Below, in pieces: positions 9,401-17,049 of a stretch of DNA of 64,000 nucleotides. The notes under the pieces were generated by a model that searched no databases, had not been told where the DNA came from, and saw only the letters and a program-made list of their open reading frames with translations. The DNA lies in NCBI GenBank assembly GCA_031255735.1, contig JAIRRY010000026.1, forward strand, positions 13,524 through 77,523. Reading direction: 5' to 3'. Every line of letters starts with the position of its first letter. Positions within the stretch are counted from its first letter, which is position 1. The DNA comes from Candidatus Nomurabacteria bacterium. Its GTDB lineage: Bacteria; Patescibacteriota; Saccharimonadia; Saccharimonadales; Saccharimonadaceae. The position numbers were made by a program, and so were the translations under genes.

Positions 9401-11372
9401 GCTACAAAAACTTGATCCAGAATTTAAATATGCCGAAGATTTGAAAACGAGGTCAGGAGAGATTGCCCATCGATTCCCTGAATATCTCTCATACGATTCC
9501 GAAAAAAATATTATTGCTATGGAATTGATAGGTGGAAGCCCAGCTGAAGATGTTGTTCATTCGCTCGAAACACCTGACGAATGGGTAGATTTCGTGTCAA
9601 ATATGTCTGGCATAGTCAGTGACATCGCCACGCTAAACGAAAGAGGCATTTTTGCTGGTCAATTTAACCTTCGTAATGTCATTGTCGATGATGACGGAAA
9701 TTATCGTATAATCGATCCGTTATTTGAGGGTAGTCAAGATGTCTACGAATCAAAGCAAATTCTTCGCATAATGGGCGTACTAGTCCAGAAGATATACCAA
9801 ACAGACCCTGGCCGTTTCCCGCTGGACGTAAAGTCAGCGAATTCTGATATTGAACTCCGCAACCTGCGATATCCGGACGGCATTCTTCAAACATTATTAG
9901 AAAAAGAGATTAATATTCCAGAACCAATCAACAGTGAGCTCATCAAAACGTTTACGAAATATCTGCAAAATGGTATTGCGACTAAAACATTAGAAGATGC
10001 ATCCTCCGATTTTCGAGGTATTAGACGGTTGTGTGAAATTTATCAAAACCCCGATCGTGCGCCTAAATTTACCGGCATTCCTAGCGCACTAGCAGTAGAT
10101 CTAAATGGCACATTAGAAGAAGGTGGCATAATCAATGCCCAAACTGTGAAATCCATAAACCGTCTTTCTGGTCGTGGAATTCCTGTTGTTGTCATTTCCG
10201 GCAAGAACATAACTGGTATTGCCGAATTGCTGCAGACAAACGGCATTAGCCCCGCATCAATAGATATTATTTCTGATGAAGGTGCATATTACGTAAGTTC
10301 TGGTGAGGTCGTAAATAATATAACGATAGAAAATGTCGAAGGATTAACGGAAAATATTCGTTCCTATCTCAATAATCAAAACATCTTATCGACAGTTAGG
10401 AATAATGAACGTAGAATAAACATTCTACTTCCCCAAATCGATGAAACTGTGTTGTCTGCCATTTCGCAATATGCATTCAGTCAAAATTTAAACGTATCAT
10501 TAAATAGAGAAGTAGGACAAATTGACCTTACCGCTAAAGGGACGAATAAACAATCAGGTCTTTTGGCGGTCGCCAGTCGACACGGCATTGATCCGAACGA
10601 CATTGTTCGCGTAGGCAACGAACCAGATGGCAACGATAAAGAGATGTTATTTGACGAAGACGGCAACCGCAGAGATAACGCTTTCATGGTAACAAACTCA
10701 GCTGAAACAACGGCTATAATTGAATCTCTGACTGATACTATCGGCTATGGTGGCAAATATCGTTCTGGCGAAATGCCTACCCAGTTTGGCAGCTTTGACG
10801 ACTATGCCACAGCGACTGACTTTGAGGTTGAGCGCTTACGAACATCGGCAAAAACATCATCAAATATCTTCTATCCATATTCCGCACTAGAAAAGCGTTT
10901 TGACAAAAAAGACGAGAAAACTGTTGATTATAAATGGATACTTCGAGATTCTGAGTCGAATCCAATAGGTTTTACATCGATTAACGCAGTCGGCGGCAAT
11001 GGGTATTACAATATCAGCGGAATTTATTTAACGCCCGAAACGCGTGGGCATGGGGTGGCTTCTAAGGCAATGACTCAATTGAAGAATTTTGCTAGCAATA
11101 ATATTACTGGATTTCAAGGCTTTCGGGTCCGAATAGCTGAGGCAAACTTACCTTCTCGTATGTTGTTTGAAAGATCTGGCTTTGTACCGACAGAAGTGCT
11201 AGAAGATGACTATACGCTTATAGTCGATGGTAAAGAGCAAAGAGCAAAAACGATTGTTTATGAATATTCTCCAACTTCCCAAGTTCAAGGTATAAATCTA
11301 GCGCAGAATGACGTTTTGACTGGCGAGCAACTGAGGATAGTGTATAACGAGCAAAAAGAATTGAAAGCATAA
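6402..11372 (+). CDS. 1656-aa multidomain fusion: DIT1/PvcA-like (isonitrile synthase family) + APH-type kinase + degenerate protein kinase + HAD-IIB hydrolase + GNAT acetyltransferase
   Basis: Uninterrupted ORF with these motifs:
- aa 143-205: PITIFGLSFSPKYRNP...LLPDMANYLA...IYPQGGVDFVVGYEGKIY (PvcA/DIT1-like core).
- aa 684-705: HGDLHLGNIFMDGDNLQLIDING (APH Brenner motif).
- aa 976-1000: GLGKESKVF...VAIK.
- aa 1084-1106: FAGQFNLRNVIVDDDGNYRIIDP (catalytic HxD lost).
- aa 1231-1237: AVDLNGT, and aa 1405-1415: GNEPDGNDKEM (HAD motifs I and IV).
- aa 1545-1556: PETRGHGVASKA (GNAT motif A). Confidence 0.8.
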   Translation: MIDKEPNISSSEAVGEELQDKVDATIIAATSLKKTLLPKRKIEEFTTPEYVPEYIPSPNDRHDQLPKRIRATVDKYLAHVGENPQEEDHSENYEQNVRTAAALLEFFSGKPGKIRRTGSTYRNEQYDNKIIDTMMRAIEQQKPITIFGLSFSPKYRNPNYSNGNLLPDMANYLAMSNLQQIAHGANAIYPQGGVDFVVGYEGKIYQQLGKYSDDDVRKTLETINLLNDQAKMKVANDGSPNRVRVVDTSDLVHECLLNNQSEDSEDFRRTLVRKRRAIREDYETGYETLISELSDEGEDREVVLQRIDNLKQDRILSKTIRGAVQGLEQAKASLLESDEMKGETESKIDSKVKTLSTYAEIEAWKNFWLTTTSPDMFAEGEDPEQYATKTAIGYKAFNEIKYEGGKGGRGILGFSSKILPITVNGTNRKMNFQLVPEWNYYPHHRMTARIMDAKSQRYAWKPISQQEMNDLNTVFVPRFIEGYNYPFYYEQLVPDTDMSSRTSMGASAELLKSEDGGRYIAKTALYANGAEHLLKQISKMQAMREAGIDIIPEIMESNIKEHGIRYLMPYLGDKALDGAMLSENPLSNTEGQFPQLLNGLYGKLWSIGERKTGPTNFSECHMRSVEKGLQAVEQSDDLWLNDNELILVNGRQQFNLKIALDLLKKSNLNLDKVFSASIIPEFTHGDLHLGNIFMDGDNLQLIDINGNTERDNVSIEFELSRLVLSYYRQIIRDGEYSIVTDENGNDNIIYTERGKELLDAREKALESIMQNPNLKEVLTEESLMKIKLLEALDIASVFNKRPDEQKEGTYLIGTSLLNEVIRDGGFADDAILNLMRQKINVDNYRDAEVYSNMETIFQQYLGDRWSGYSISHMFDQFVLSGIAKDGKVESFLTDNNILPDEINRNYTGEESASGERIIKQGNQGLLLAWQQINFPENDPGKLFPSFAIEERAIWDAINSHEPLLVGDQQYSVEGMLGLGKESKVFAAKTPDGKSVAIKIGLQKLDPEFKYAEDLKTRSGEIAHRFPEYLSYDSEKNIIAMELIGGSPAEDVVHSLETPDEWVDFVSNMSGIVSDIATLNERGIFAGQFNLRNVIVDDDGNYRIIDPLFEGSQDVYESKQILRIMGVLVQKIYQTDPGRFPLDVKSANSDIELRNLRYPDGILQTLLEKEINIPEPINSELIKTFTKYLQNGIATKTLEDASSDFRGIRRLCEIYQNPDRAPKFTGIPSALAVDLNGTLEEGGIINAQTVKSINRLSGRGIPVVVISGKNITGIAELLQTNGISPASIDIISDEGAYYVSSGEVVNNITIENVEGLTENIRSYLNNQNILSTVRNNERRINILLPQIDETVLSAISQYAFSQNLNVSLNREVGQIDLTAKGTNKQSGLLAVASRHGIDPNDIVRVGNEPDGNDKEMLFDEDGNRRDNAFMVTNSAETTAIIESLTDTIGYGGKYRSGEMPTQFGSFDDYATATDFEVERLRTSAKTSSNIFYPYSALEKRFDKKDEKTVDYKWILRDSESNPIGFTSINAVGGNGYYNISGIYLTPETRGHGVASKAMTQLKNFASNNITGFQGFRVRIAEANLPSRMLFERSGFVPTEVLEDDYTLIVDGKEQRAKTIVYEYSPTSQVQGINLAQNDVLTGEQLRIVYNEQKELKA

Positions 11373-11373
11373 A

Positions 11374-13590
11374 ATGGAGTTTACTGAACTAAAAACAGCT
11401 GACCCATTCGTCGAGCAAACCTCCGAACGACCCGTTATTAGGCAAGAATTAGTGGGACCAGAAGAAGATATTGAGCGAAATCCACTACAACTCAGAGAAA
11501 TTACATTGGAGGATTACAACCACGATCTATCAAAAGAACGGGTTGAAACAGCTCAAAATATTCTGCAACAAGAAATGAGCAATACCAGATATGATTCATT
11601 CTTGCTCCTCAAGCAAGCGGCATCATATCAAGACATGCTACAAGCATCACAAAGTCCACATATTGAAGATGTGTTTAGGGGCAGCCAGGGTCTTACTTGT
11701 GTCCAGATGGCAGAACTAATGAAGGCAAGGTTTGCTGAGCATGGGCTAAAATCTCATTTTGTCTGTTTCAACACACAAGGGCAGATTAATTCCCCTGGGC
11801 ACGACTACTCTCCTATTGGTCATATCGCAAGTGCGGTTCCATTCGATGACAGTGGGCAGAAGCAGTTTCTCCTTGCTGATTTGGGTCTGGCTGTACCAAA
11901 AGTTATGACATTCCCAGAAGGCGGCTCATCGAAAGAATATCACTATGGTGATAAAAAGTGTCAAGTAATATTTACGAACACCGACGAACAAAAGCCCTAT
12001 GAAATAGTTATATCTTCTTACGATCCTAAAGCCCAAGAGTATCATATTGCTGACCGTGCTTCATTTGACCCTTTTACTGCCCTAGAGAATCCCAGCGTGG
12101 TCACGAATGATAATATGCGTACTCTCCCCGGTTTCCGCACCACAAAATATGACACTGACGGCAGGGTTCTCGCTAATATTTCCGCCGATCTAAAAAAGAG
12201 ATCCATCAAGCTTAAAATAATGGGTGATGACGGTGAGTATATCACCAAAATACTGTCTTCCAACGACGACATTAATACGCCTGAGATAACGCAGTTGTTG
12301 TCTCGCGCTTCTAATTTTTTAGGGGAAACGGAAGAAGATCTTTTGGGTGATTTGCAAGTTTTTCGTGAACATGGCGAAGAATATTATGAAACCGTTATAG
12401 CTCCTTCCGTTAAGGAACAGATCCGACAAGAACAGATACTCAGCAAAGAAAAATCAGAAGCGACAGATACAAATCTCAAACTGTTCGTCAAGGATGTTCT
12501 TTCAGATTTTGTCTCTGGTGAAATAGATTTTCATGAGCACAAATATAATGTTCGGTTCAATTTAACCGGCACTTCTGGCGAAGAAATATTAGCCACACCA
12601 CAACAGCCAATAAGGCATTCTTCTGCATATGGAGAAGTCGTTCCGACGCTAAGAATTACAGATATAGCGAAAATGTCACATGCCATAGATAGTTTTCTGG
12701 CAGCTTGTTCGCAATACCAAAATCTGCTCTGGGTAAAAAGTCGCATGAATCATAGTCCCGAGCAAATAAAGAAAAACCTCTTAACTCAAATATGGTTTAA
12801 CGCCACAGAAGCCGATTTTGCAAATCCAGAGGATTTTATTAATAGACAAGAGCGATTTGTCCGAGATGATAAATTGGATGATTATAACAGGCAACATCTT
12901 TCAGCACCGATCCCGTCTCTTGAAAATTGCCGATTATCTACTGTGAGGGCAGAGCAAAGCGGTAGCAACGAGTCCCCTTATATGTTAAATTTTGCGCTAA
13001 ACAGCGAAACTGCCACCTATAATCTTCCTAGCATTAGATATGCTACTGATGGCGACGCTGCCTATATTTTTTCCATCCAAAAACCTAAAAATATCGATCA
13101 AACCGATGAAGACCGACTTCTCGCCAAAAAGCTCAATCGCCGTTTCTTTAAACTGAACAAGGGGGTATTAGATGCGGAATCAGACGAGTTTAAGGAGTAT
13201 CAGCGACTACGCTCTGACGACGCATTGATCGGGGATGAGCCCTACCCAGAGAACATCAGTGATGTCACACCGGCTTCACTAATAAGTTTACTGTCAACAT
13301 TGGACGCCATGAAGAGTAAGGGGATTATAACTATTAAAGTCCCGTATTTCTGTCCATTACGCTATCAAGCACATGCGCGCCTCGGGCTAGAAGAGCAAGA
13401 ACGAATCCAAGACAATGTCAGTAATAAATTTCTCCGTACTTTTCGACGCTTAGCATTTCACTTTGACAGTATAAAAATGTCCAATATAGATAAATCTGGT
13501 TATACCGAAATTGACATTTATGCTCTAGATATCGGTAATTCCGATATTCTAAATGAAGTTATTTCGGCAATAAAAACACCTGAAAGTTAG
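11374..13590 (+). CDS. 738-aa protein with N-terminal arylamine N-acetyltransferase-like / transglutaminase-like Cys-His-Asp region
   Basis: The start is 2 nt after the stop of the 1656-aa gene. Candidate triad: GSQGLTC(109)VQMAELMKARFAEHGL, then PIGH(150)IASAV, then FLLAD(169)LGLAVP. This mirrors the NAT pattern (GGxC..., H, D-x-G). The C-terminal 400 aa are unrecognised. Confidence 0.65.
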   Translation: MEFTELKTADPFVEQTSERPVIRQELVGPEEDIERNPLQLREITLEDYNHDLSKERVETAQNILQQEMSNTRYDSFLLLKQAASYQDMLQASQSPHIEDVFRGSQGLTCVQMAELMKARFAEHGLKSHFVCFNTQGQINSPGHDYSPIGHIASAVPFDDSGQKQFLLADLGLAVPKVMTFPEGGSSKEYHYGDKKCQVIFTNTDEQKPYEIVISSYDPKAQEYHIADRASFDPFTALENPSVVTNDNMRTLPGFRTTKYDTDGRVLANISADLKKRSIKLKIMGDDGEYITKILSSNDDINTPEITQLLSRASNFLGETEEDLLGDLQVFREHGEEYYETVIAPSVKEQIRQEQILSKEKSEATDTNLKLFVKDVLSDFVSGEIDFHEHKYNVRFNLTGTSGEEILATPQQPIRHSSAYGEVVPTLRITDIAKMSHAIDSFLAACSQYQNLLWVKSRMNHSPEQIKKNLLTQIWFNATEADFANPEDFINRQERFVRDDKLDDYNRQHLSAPIPSLENCRLSTVRAEQSGSNESPYMLNFALNSETATYNLPSIRYATDGDAAYIFSIQKPKNIDQTDEDRLLAKKLNRRFFKLNKGVLDAESDEFKEYQRLRSDDALIGDEPYPENISDVTPASLISLLSTLDAMKSKGIITIKVPYFCPLRYQAHARLGLEEQERIQDNVSNKFLRTFRRLAFHFDSIKMSNIDKSGYTEIDIYALDIGNSDILNEVISAIKTPES

Positions 13591-13667
13591 TGCATTTTGA
13601 TAATATTCTTATATTTTTACTAATCACCAATAACAGAGGTATAGACCCGAGCATGTCTCTAAACTAC

Positions 13668-14159
13668 TCAAAAAACATTCGTCTTTAAAAACTTGAGGAA
13701 CGATAGGGATTTCAACTGTTCGTTGAAGTTTAACATTATGTTCGCTAGATAATCTATCGCCGACCCCACGGTGCCATCACTGCCACGTTCTACACTCCCA
13801 GATAACCCGCCACTAGACCCACCTCTATCTCCAAAGAAACCTGATGGAACTTTACCAACTATAATATTTGGCTTTTGAGGTTTATTTACCTCTTGAACAC
13901 CAACCATGATTACTACACAGGTCAAAGCGTCAACGATACCATCGTGTTTCTCAATTCCAAATCCTACTAGCTGAGTCAAGAGATTTTTCGTCTTGTCTCT
14001 AGGAAACAGTATCTGTCCATTCTTAATTCGGCGCGAAATCATACTCAACCTAGCTCGTTTATCTTGGTTTGGCTTGTAACACCTAACGTCTATGTAGTAA
14101 TTAGATAATGCCCATATTGAAAGGTTTGAACACTGAGAGAAGAGTGTATTAGTCAACAT
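13668..14159 (-). pseudogene. phage terminase large-subunit C-terminal fragment (prophage remnant)
   Basis: 163-aa ORF. The segment DKRARLSMISRRIKNGQILFPRD...LLTQLVGFGIEKHDGIVDALTCVV matches the conserved C-terminal nuclease tail of large terminases (...v.fP...L..el..F...HDD.vDAl). The ATPase part is absent. Confidence 0.45.
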
Positions 14160-14171
14160 ATGAGTTCATAA

Positions 14172-14285
14172 CTAACGCTTAGTGGTATTACTAGGACGTT
14201 AAACAAATTACTTGACTATTACAATAATGAGCGATTACACTTAGGATTGCAGTGTACGACACCTCAGGAGATGTTGCTAAGGTAG
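14172..14285 (+). mobile_element. C-terminal tail of an rve (DDE integrase-core) IS transposase, remnant only
   Basis: The translation LTLSGITRTLNKLLDYYNNERLHLGLQCTTPQEMLLR then a stop carries the YNxxRxHxxLxxxTPxE tail typical of rve-family transposases. No upstream catalytic part is present. Confidence 0.55.
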
Positions 14286-14298
14286 GGGGATTTGTACG

Positions 14299-14446
14299 TA
14301 GGGTGATGGTAACCTTAGTGTTTTATGATGTAGAATAGTAGTCTTTATAGGATATATAATTACATAAAAAGGTTTGGTGACTCTAAGTAGAGTAAAAACG
14401 ACTAAAAATGGCTTTACATTTTGAATGGTCGGGGTGCTTGGTTGAG
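14299..14446. repeat. right copy of the direct repeat of about 145 bp; contains a duplicated tRNA-Pro(UGG) 3' end plus terminator flank
   Basis: It aligns with 5975-6120. Positions 14418-14436 (ATTTTGAATGGTCGGGGTG) are identical to 22082-22100. That segment covers the last 11 nt of tRNA-Pro(UGG), including CCA, and the 8 nt beyond it. Looser similarity extends over 14393-14436 versus 22056-22100. Confidence 0.75.
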
Positions 14447-14469
14447 GTTTTAACCAGCCTTTAACAGAG

Positions 14470-14492
14470 CAAAAACAGCCTCAAATGGCTGT
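14470..14492 (-). terminator. intrinsic terminator after tRNA-Pro(CGG)
   Basis: The minus strand reads ACAGCC-AUUUGA-GGCUGU-UUUUG, immediately 3' of the tRNA. Confidence 0.6.
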
Positions 14493-14503
14493 CACATAAT
14501 CCA

Positions 14504-14580
14504 TGGTCGGGACTGGCGGATTTGAACCGCCGACCTCACCGTCCCGAACGGTGCGCGCTACCAAGCTGCGCCAAGCCCCG
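14504..14580 (-). tRNA. tRNA-Pro (anticodon CGG)
   Basis: The reverse complement folds as a cloverleaf. Acceptor CGGGGCU/AGUCCCG, anticodon stem CACCG/CGGUG with loop UUCGGGA, T-loop GGUUCAAAUCC, encoded CCA. Confidence 0.9.
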
Positions 14581-14594
14581 ATATTACGATTATA

Positions 14595-16220
14595 TCACTG
14601 CCCAACCAGATTGCGCCGATGCCAAGCAAGAGCGCCAAGTAGGCCGAACACCACAGCTGCTAACAAGCACCACGCCAGCGGCGCTACAGTTATATCGTTA
14701 GCCGGCGCTACTGCAAAATGGCGCATTATAGACGTGTTCATGACCCATTCGTCGAGATTTAGTAGCGGCCCAAGCCAAGACATAAAAGCCACCCAACCAA
14801 AATAAACCCAAACTACTAACCCCGCTATGCGTGGCAAAACGCCAAACATCAACACATAAGCACCTATAAATACTAATAGCAGCGGCCAATAAGATAACCC
14901 TGCTAAACCGTAGCTTAAAATGTCTACTGAAAAATCTGAGCAGAGGTTTACACAGATAGCCAGAGCGGCCCCACAAGCAACCAACATAAATGCGCCGCAC
15001 AAAGCCACAGTTGCAGTATGTAAGACCAGCCACTTGGTGCGCGTTAACTTAGTGGAGAGTAAGCTTTCAAGATGTCCGCTCGACTCTTCGCTGCGTAATC
15101 TGCCCATAGCTTGCACAACATAAGCCAGCACCATTACGGTTGCAATAGCCAACATAACGCTTAGAAAAGTAGGGATCATAGCGCCTGTTCCGCCCATTGA
15201 TTTGATTAGCAGGCGCGTAGTTTCGGTTGTTTCATAAACATGGCTCATTTGCGGCACTAGCACACCAACCGTCACGATAAGCGCCAGCGAGCCGATTAAC
15301 CAACCAATAAAAATGTTCTTTTGCAGATACCAAGTAAGGCCAACCGGCGTTCGTAGTAACCTGCTCGCCCGTGCGCGACCCTTGCGGCTAGGCAGTAAAC
15401 CCGCACCAATGTCGCGATGCATGAGTAGCACGAAAGCCAGTGGGATCACTACAAGCACGAAGGCAATCGGGATAAGTAGCGGCCACCATTCTGGAAAAGT
15501 AATGCTACGCAAGGCTTGCATCCAGCCAAACGGGCTTAGATAACTCAGCCAAGCTGGTTGCAGCAAACCATCAGCGCCAACTTTGCCCGTAAAATCACCG
15601 ATGCCGCGTGCTAGAAAAGTTGCGCCCACTAAAACCGCCATGAAACCGCTACTTGAGCGCGTTGACTGAAAAAGCTGCACCACGACAGCCGCAATAGCTG
15701 CCCACACAAAGCCGAACAACCCCATACCCAGGCCGTAGAGCCACGAGCCTTCAACAGTAATATCGGCGCACAGAGTATGCATGCCAAAACCTAATCCAAC
15801 CGCGATAAGTGCGTTAGCCAAAAACGCCACGATCAGTACCGCAATCAGGCTAGTGCCACGATGTGTGCGGCCGCTCAAAATCAACTCTTGCGCGCCCATT
15901 TCCTCATTCTGACGCGTGTGGCGCACCACCAAAAACGCGTTCATAAACGCCACAGCCAATCCCCACCATAAAAGCGTTTCGATGGTTACCAATGCACCAA
16001 AACTCGGCTCATCCAGAAAACCAGTTAATAGCAGCCCAGCAGCATTAGTTTTGAACGCCTCGTAGAGTGTAGTTAAACTCGCCGCATCGCCGTAAGTTTC
16101 TTTCAATATCGGCAGCATATAAAGCAACGTCACCACAATACTAACTATCCAGATCGGCAATTTAATACGATCGCGCCGCAATATGAGCTTAGTTAACGGC
16201 CAGATTCCAGCAAACATCAC
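14595..16220 (-). CDS. ABC-2 type exporter permease (about 12 TM)
   Basis: 541-aa highly hydrophobic ORF. It overlaps the upstream ATPase gene by 4 nt. Confidence 0.7.
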   Translation of the reverse strand: MMFAGIWPLTKLILRRDRIKLPIWIVSIVVTLLYMLPILKETYGDAASLTTLYEAFKTNAAGLLLTGFLDEPSFGALVTIETLLWWGLAVAFMNAFLVVRHTRQNEEMGAQELILSGRTHRGTSLIAVLIVAFLANALIAVGLGFGMHTLCADITVEGSWLYGLGMGLFGFVWAAIAAVVVQLFQSTRSSSGFMAVLVGATFLARGIGDFTGKVGADGLLQPAWLSYLSPFGWMQALRSITFPEWWPLLIPIAFVLVVIPLAFVLLMHRDIGAGLLPSRKGRARASRLLRTPVGLTWYLQKNIFIGWLIGSLALIVTVGVLVPQMSHVYETTETTRLLIKSMGGTGAMIPTFLSVMLAIATVMVLAYVVQAMGRLRSEESSGHLESLLSTKLTRTKWLVLHTATVALCGAFMLVACGAALAICVNLCSDFSVDILSYGLAGLSYWPLLLVFIGAYVLMFGVLPRIAGLVVWVYFGWVAFMSWLGPLLNLDEWVMNTSIMRHFAVAPANDITVAPLAWCLLAAVVFGLLGALAWHRRNLVGQ

Positions 16221-16969
16221 TCCTCCTCGTATTGACTTAAGAATATCTTTTCGAGATTAGTATGCTCATGCTTTAGTTCGGCGAGCGAATAGTCGGCCAC
16301 GGCCTTACCTTCACGGATGATAGTAACACGGTCGCACAAAGCCTCAGCCTCGCTTAAAATATGGCTGGAAAGTAGAATAGTTTTACCCTGCTCTTTGAGC
16401 GCTCGCACTTCATCTTGGAAAACCTGCTCCATAAGTGGATCGAGACCACTAGTAGGCTCATCTAAAATATAAAGTGGCACGTCGCTAGCTAACGCCGCCA
16501 CTAACGCCACTTTCTGGCGATTGCCCTTGCTGTAAGTGCGAAACTTTTTAGTTGCATCAAGCTCGAAAACCTTGAGAAGCTCTGCTCTGCGCTGTTCATT
16601 TAAGCCACCCCTTAGTTCACCCAGTAGGTCGATAATCTCGCCGCCAGTGAGGTTTGGCCAAAAGTTCACGTCGCCTGGCACGTACGCCAGCTTTTTATGT
16701 AGCTTAACAGACTTACCCCATGGGTCTTCGCCGAACAGCCTTGCTTCGCCACTCGTTTTCTTGAGTAACCCAAGTAACATGCGAATAGTGGTACTCTTAC
16801 CTGCCCCATTCGGCCCTAAAAAACCGTGTATCTCACCTGGCCCGACTACCAAGCTTAACCCGTTTAAAGCTTTTGTACTACCAAAATATTTGTGCAAGTT
16901 TCTAATCTCGATAATTGGCCTTTGTTCGTTTGGCACCACATCCTCCTTTATAAACGCTAGTGCTTTCAT
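16217..16969 (-). CDS. ABC transporter ATP-binding protein
   Basis: 250 aa with Walker [10 protein letters not shown], signature YSKGNRQKV, Walker [13 protein letters not shown] and H-loop SSHIL. Confidence 0.9.
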   Translation of the reverse strand: MKALAFIKEDVVPNEQRPIIEIRNLHKYFGSTKALNGLSLVVGPGEIHGFLGPNGAGKSTTIRMLLGLLKKTSGEARLFGEDPWGKSVKLHKKLAYVPGDVNFWPNLTGGEIIDLLGELRGGLNEQRRAELLKVFELDATKKFRTYSKGNRQKVALVAALASDVPLYILDEPTSGLDPLMEQVFQDEVRALKEQGKTILLSSHILSEAEALCDRVTIIREGKAVADYSLAELKHEHTNLEKIFLSQYEEE

Positions 16970-17049
16970 TGTAACATAGGCCGCACCAAGCCACGCATGG
17001 AGGTTACAAGATTTAGCATTACCGATATATGATAAAATAGCAAGAAGTC

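Noticed and set aside
14503-14805. 100-aa plus-strand ORF, and similar ORFs at 22035-22220, 22259-22501 and 43176-43361
   Set aside because: These run straight through tRNA genes on the opposite strand or overlap real genes. Their translations are low-complexity Arg/Pro/Ala-rich shadows.
16536-16979. Long antisense ORFs inside confidently called genes, also 26862-27320, 25871-26236, 34594-34980, 41098-41454, 51656-52348, 63058-63429 and others
   Set aside because: Each is embedded opposite a gene with clear family motifs. Their translations are Ser/Arg/Leu-rich with no motifs and no RBS, typical of shadow ORFs.
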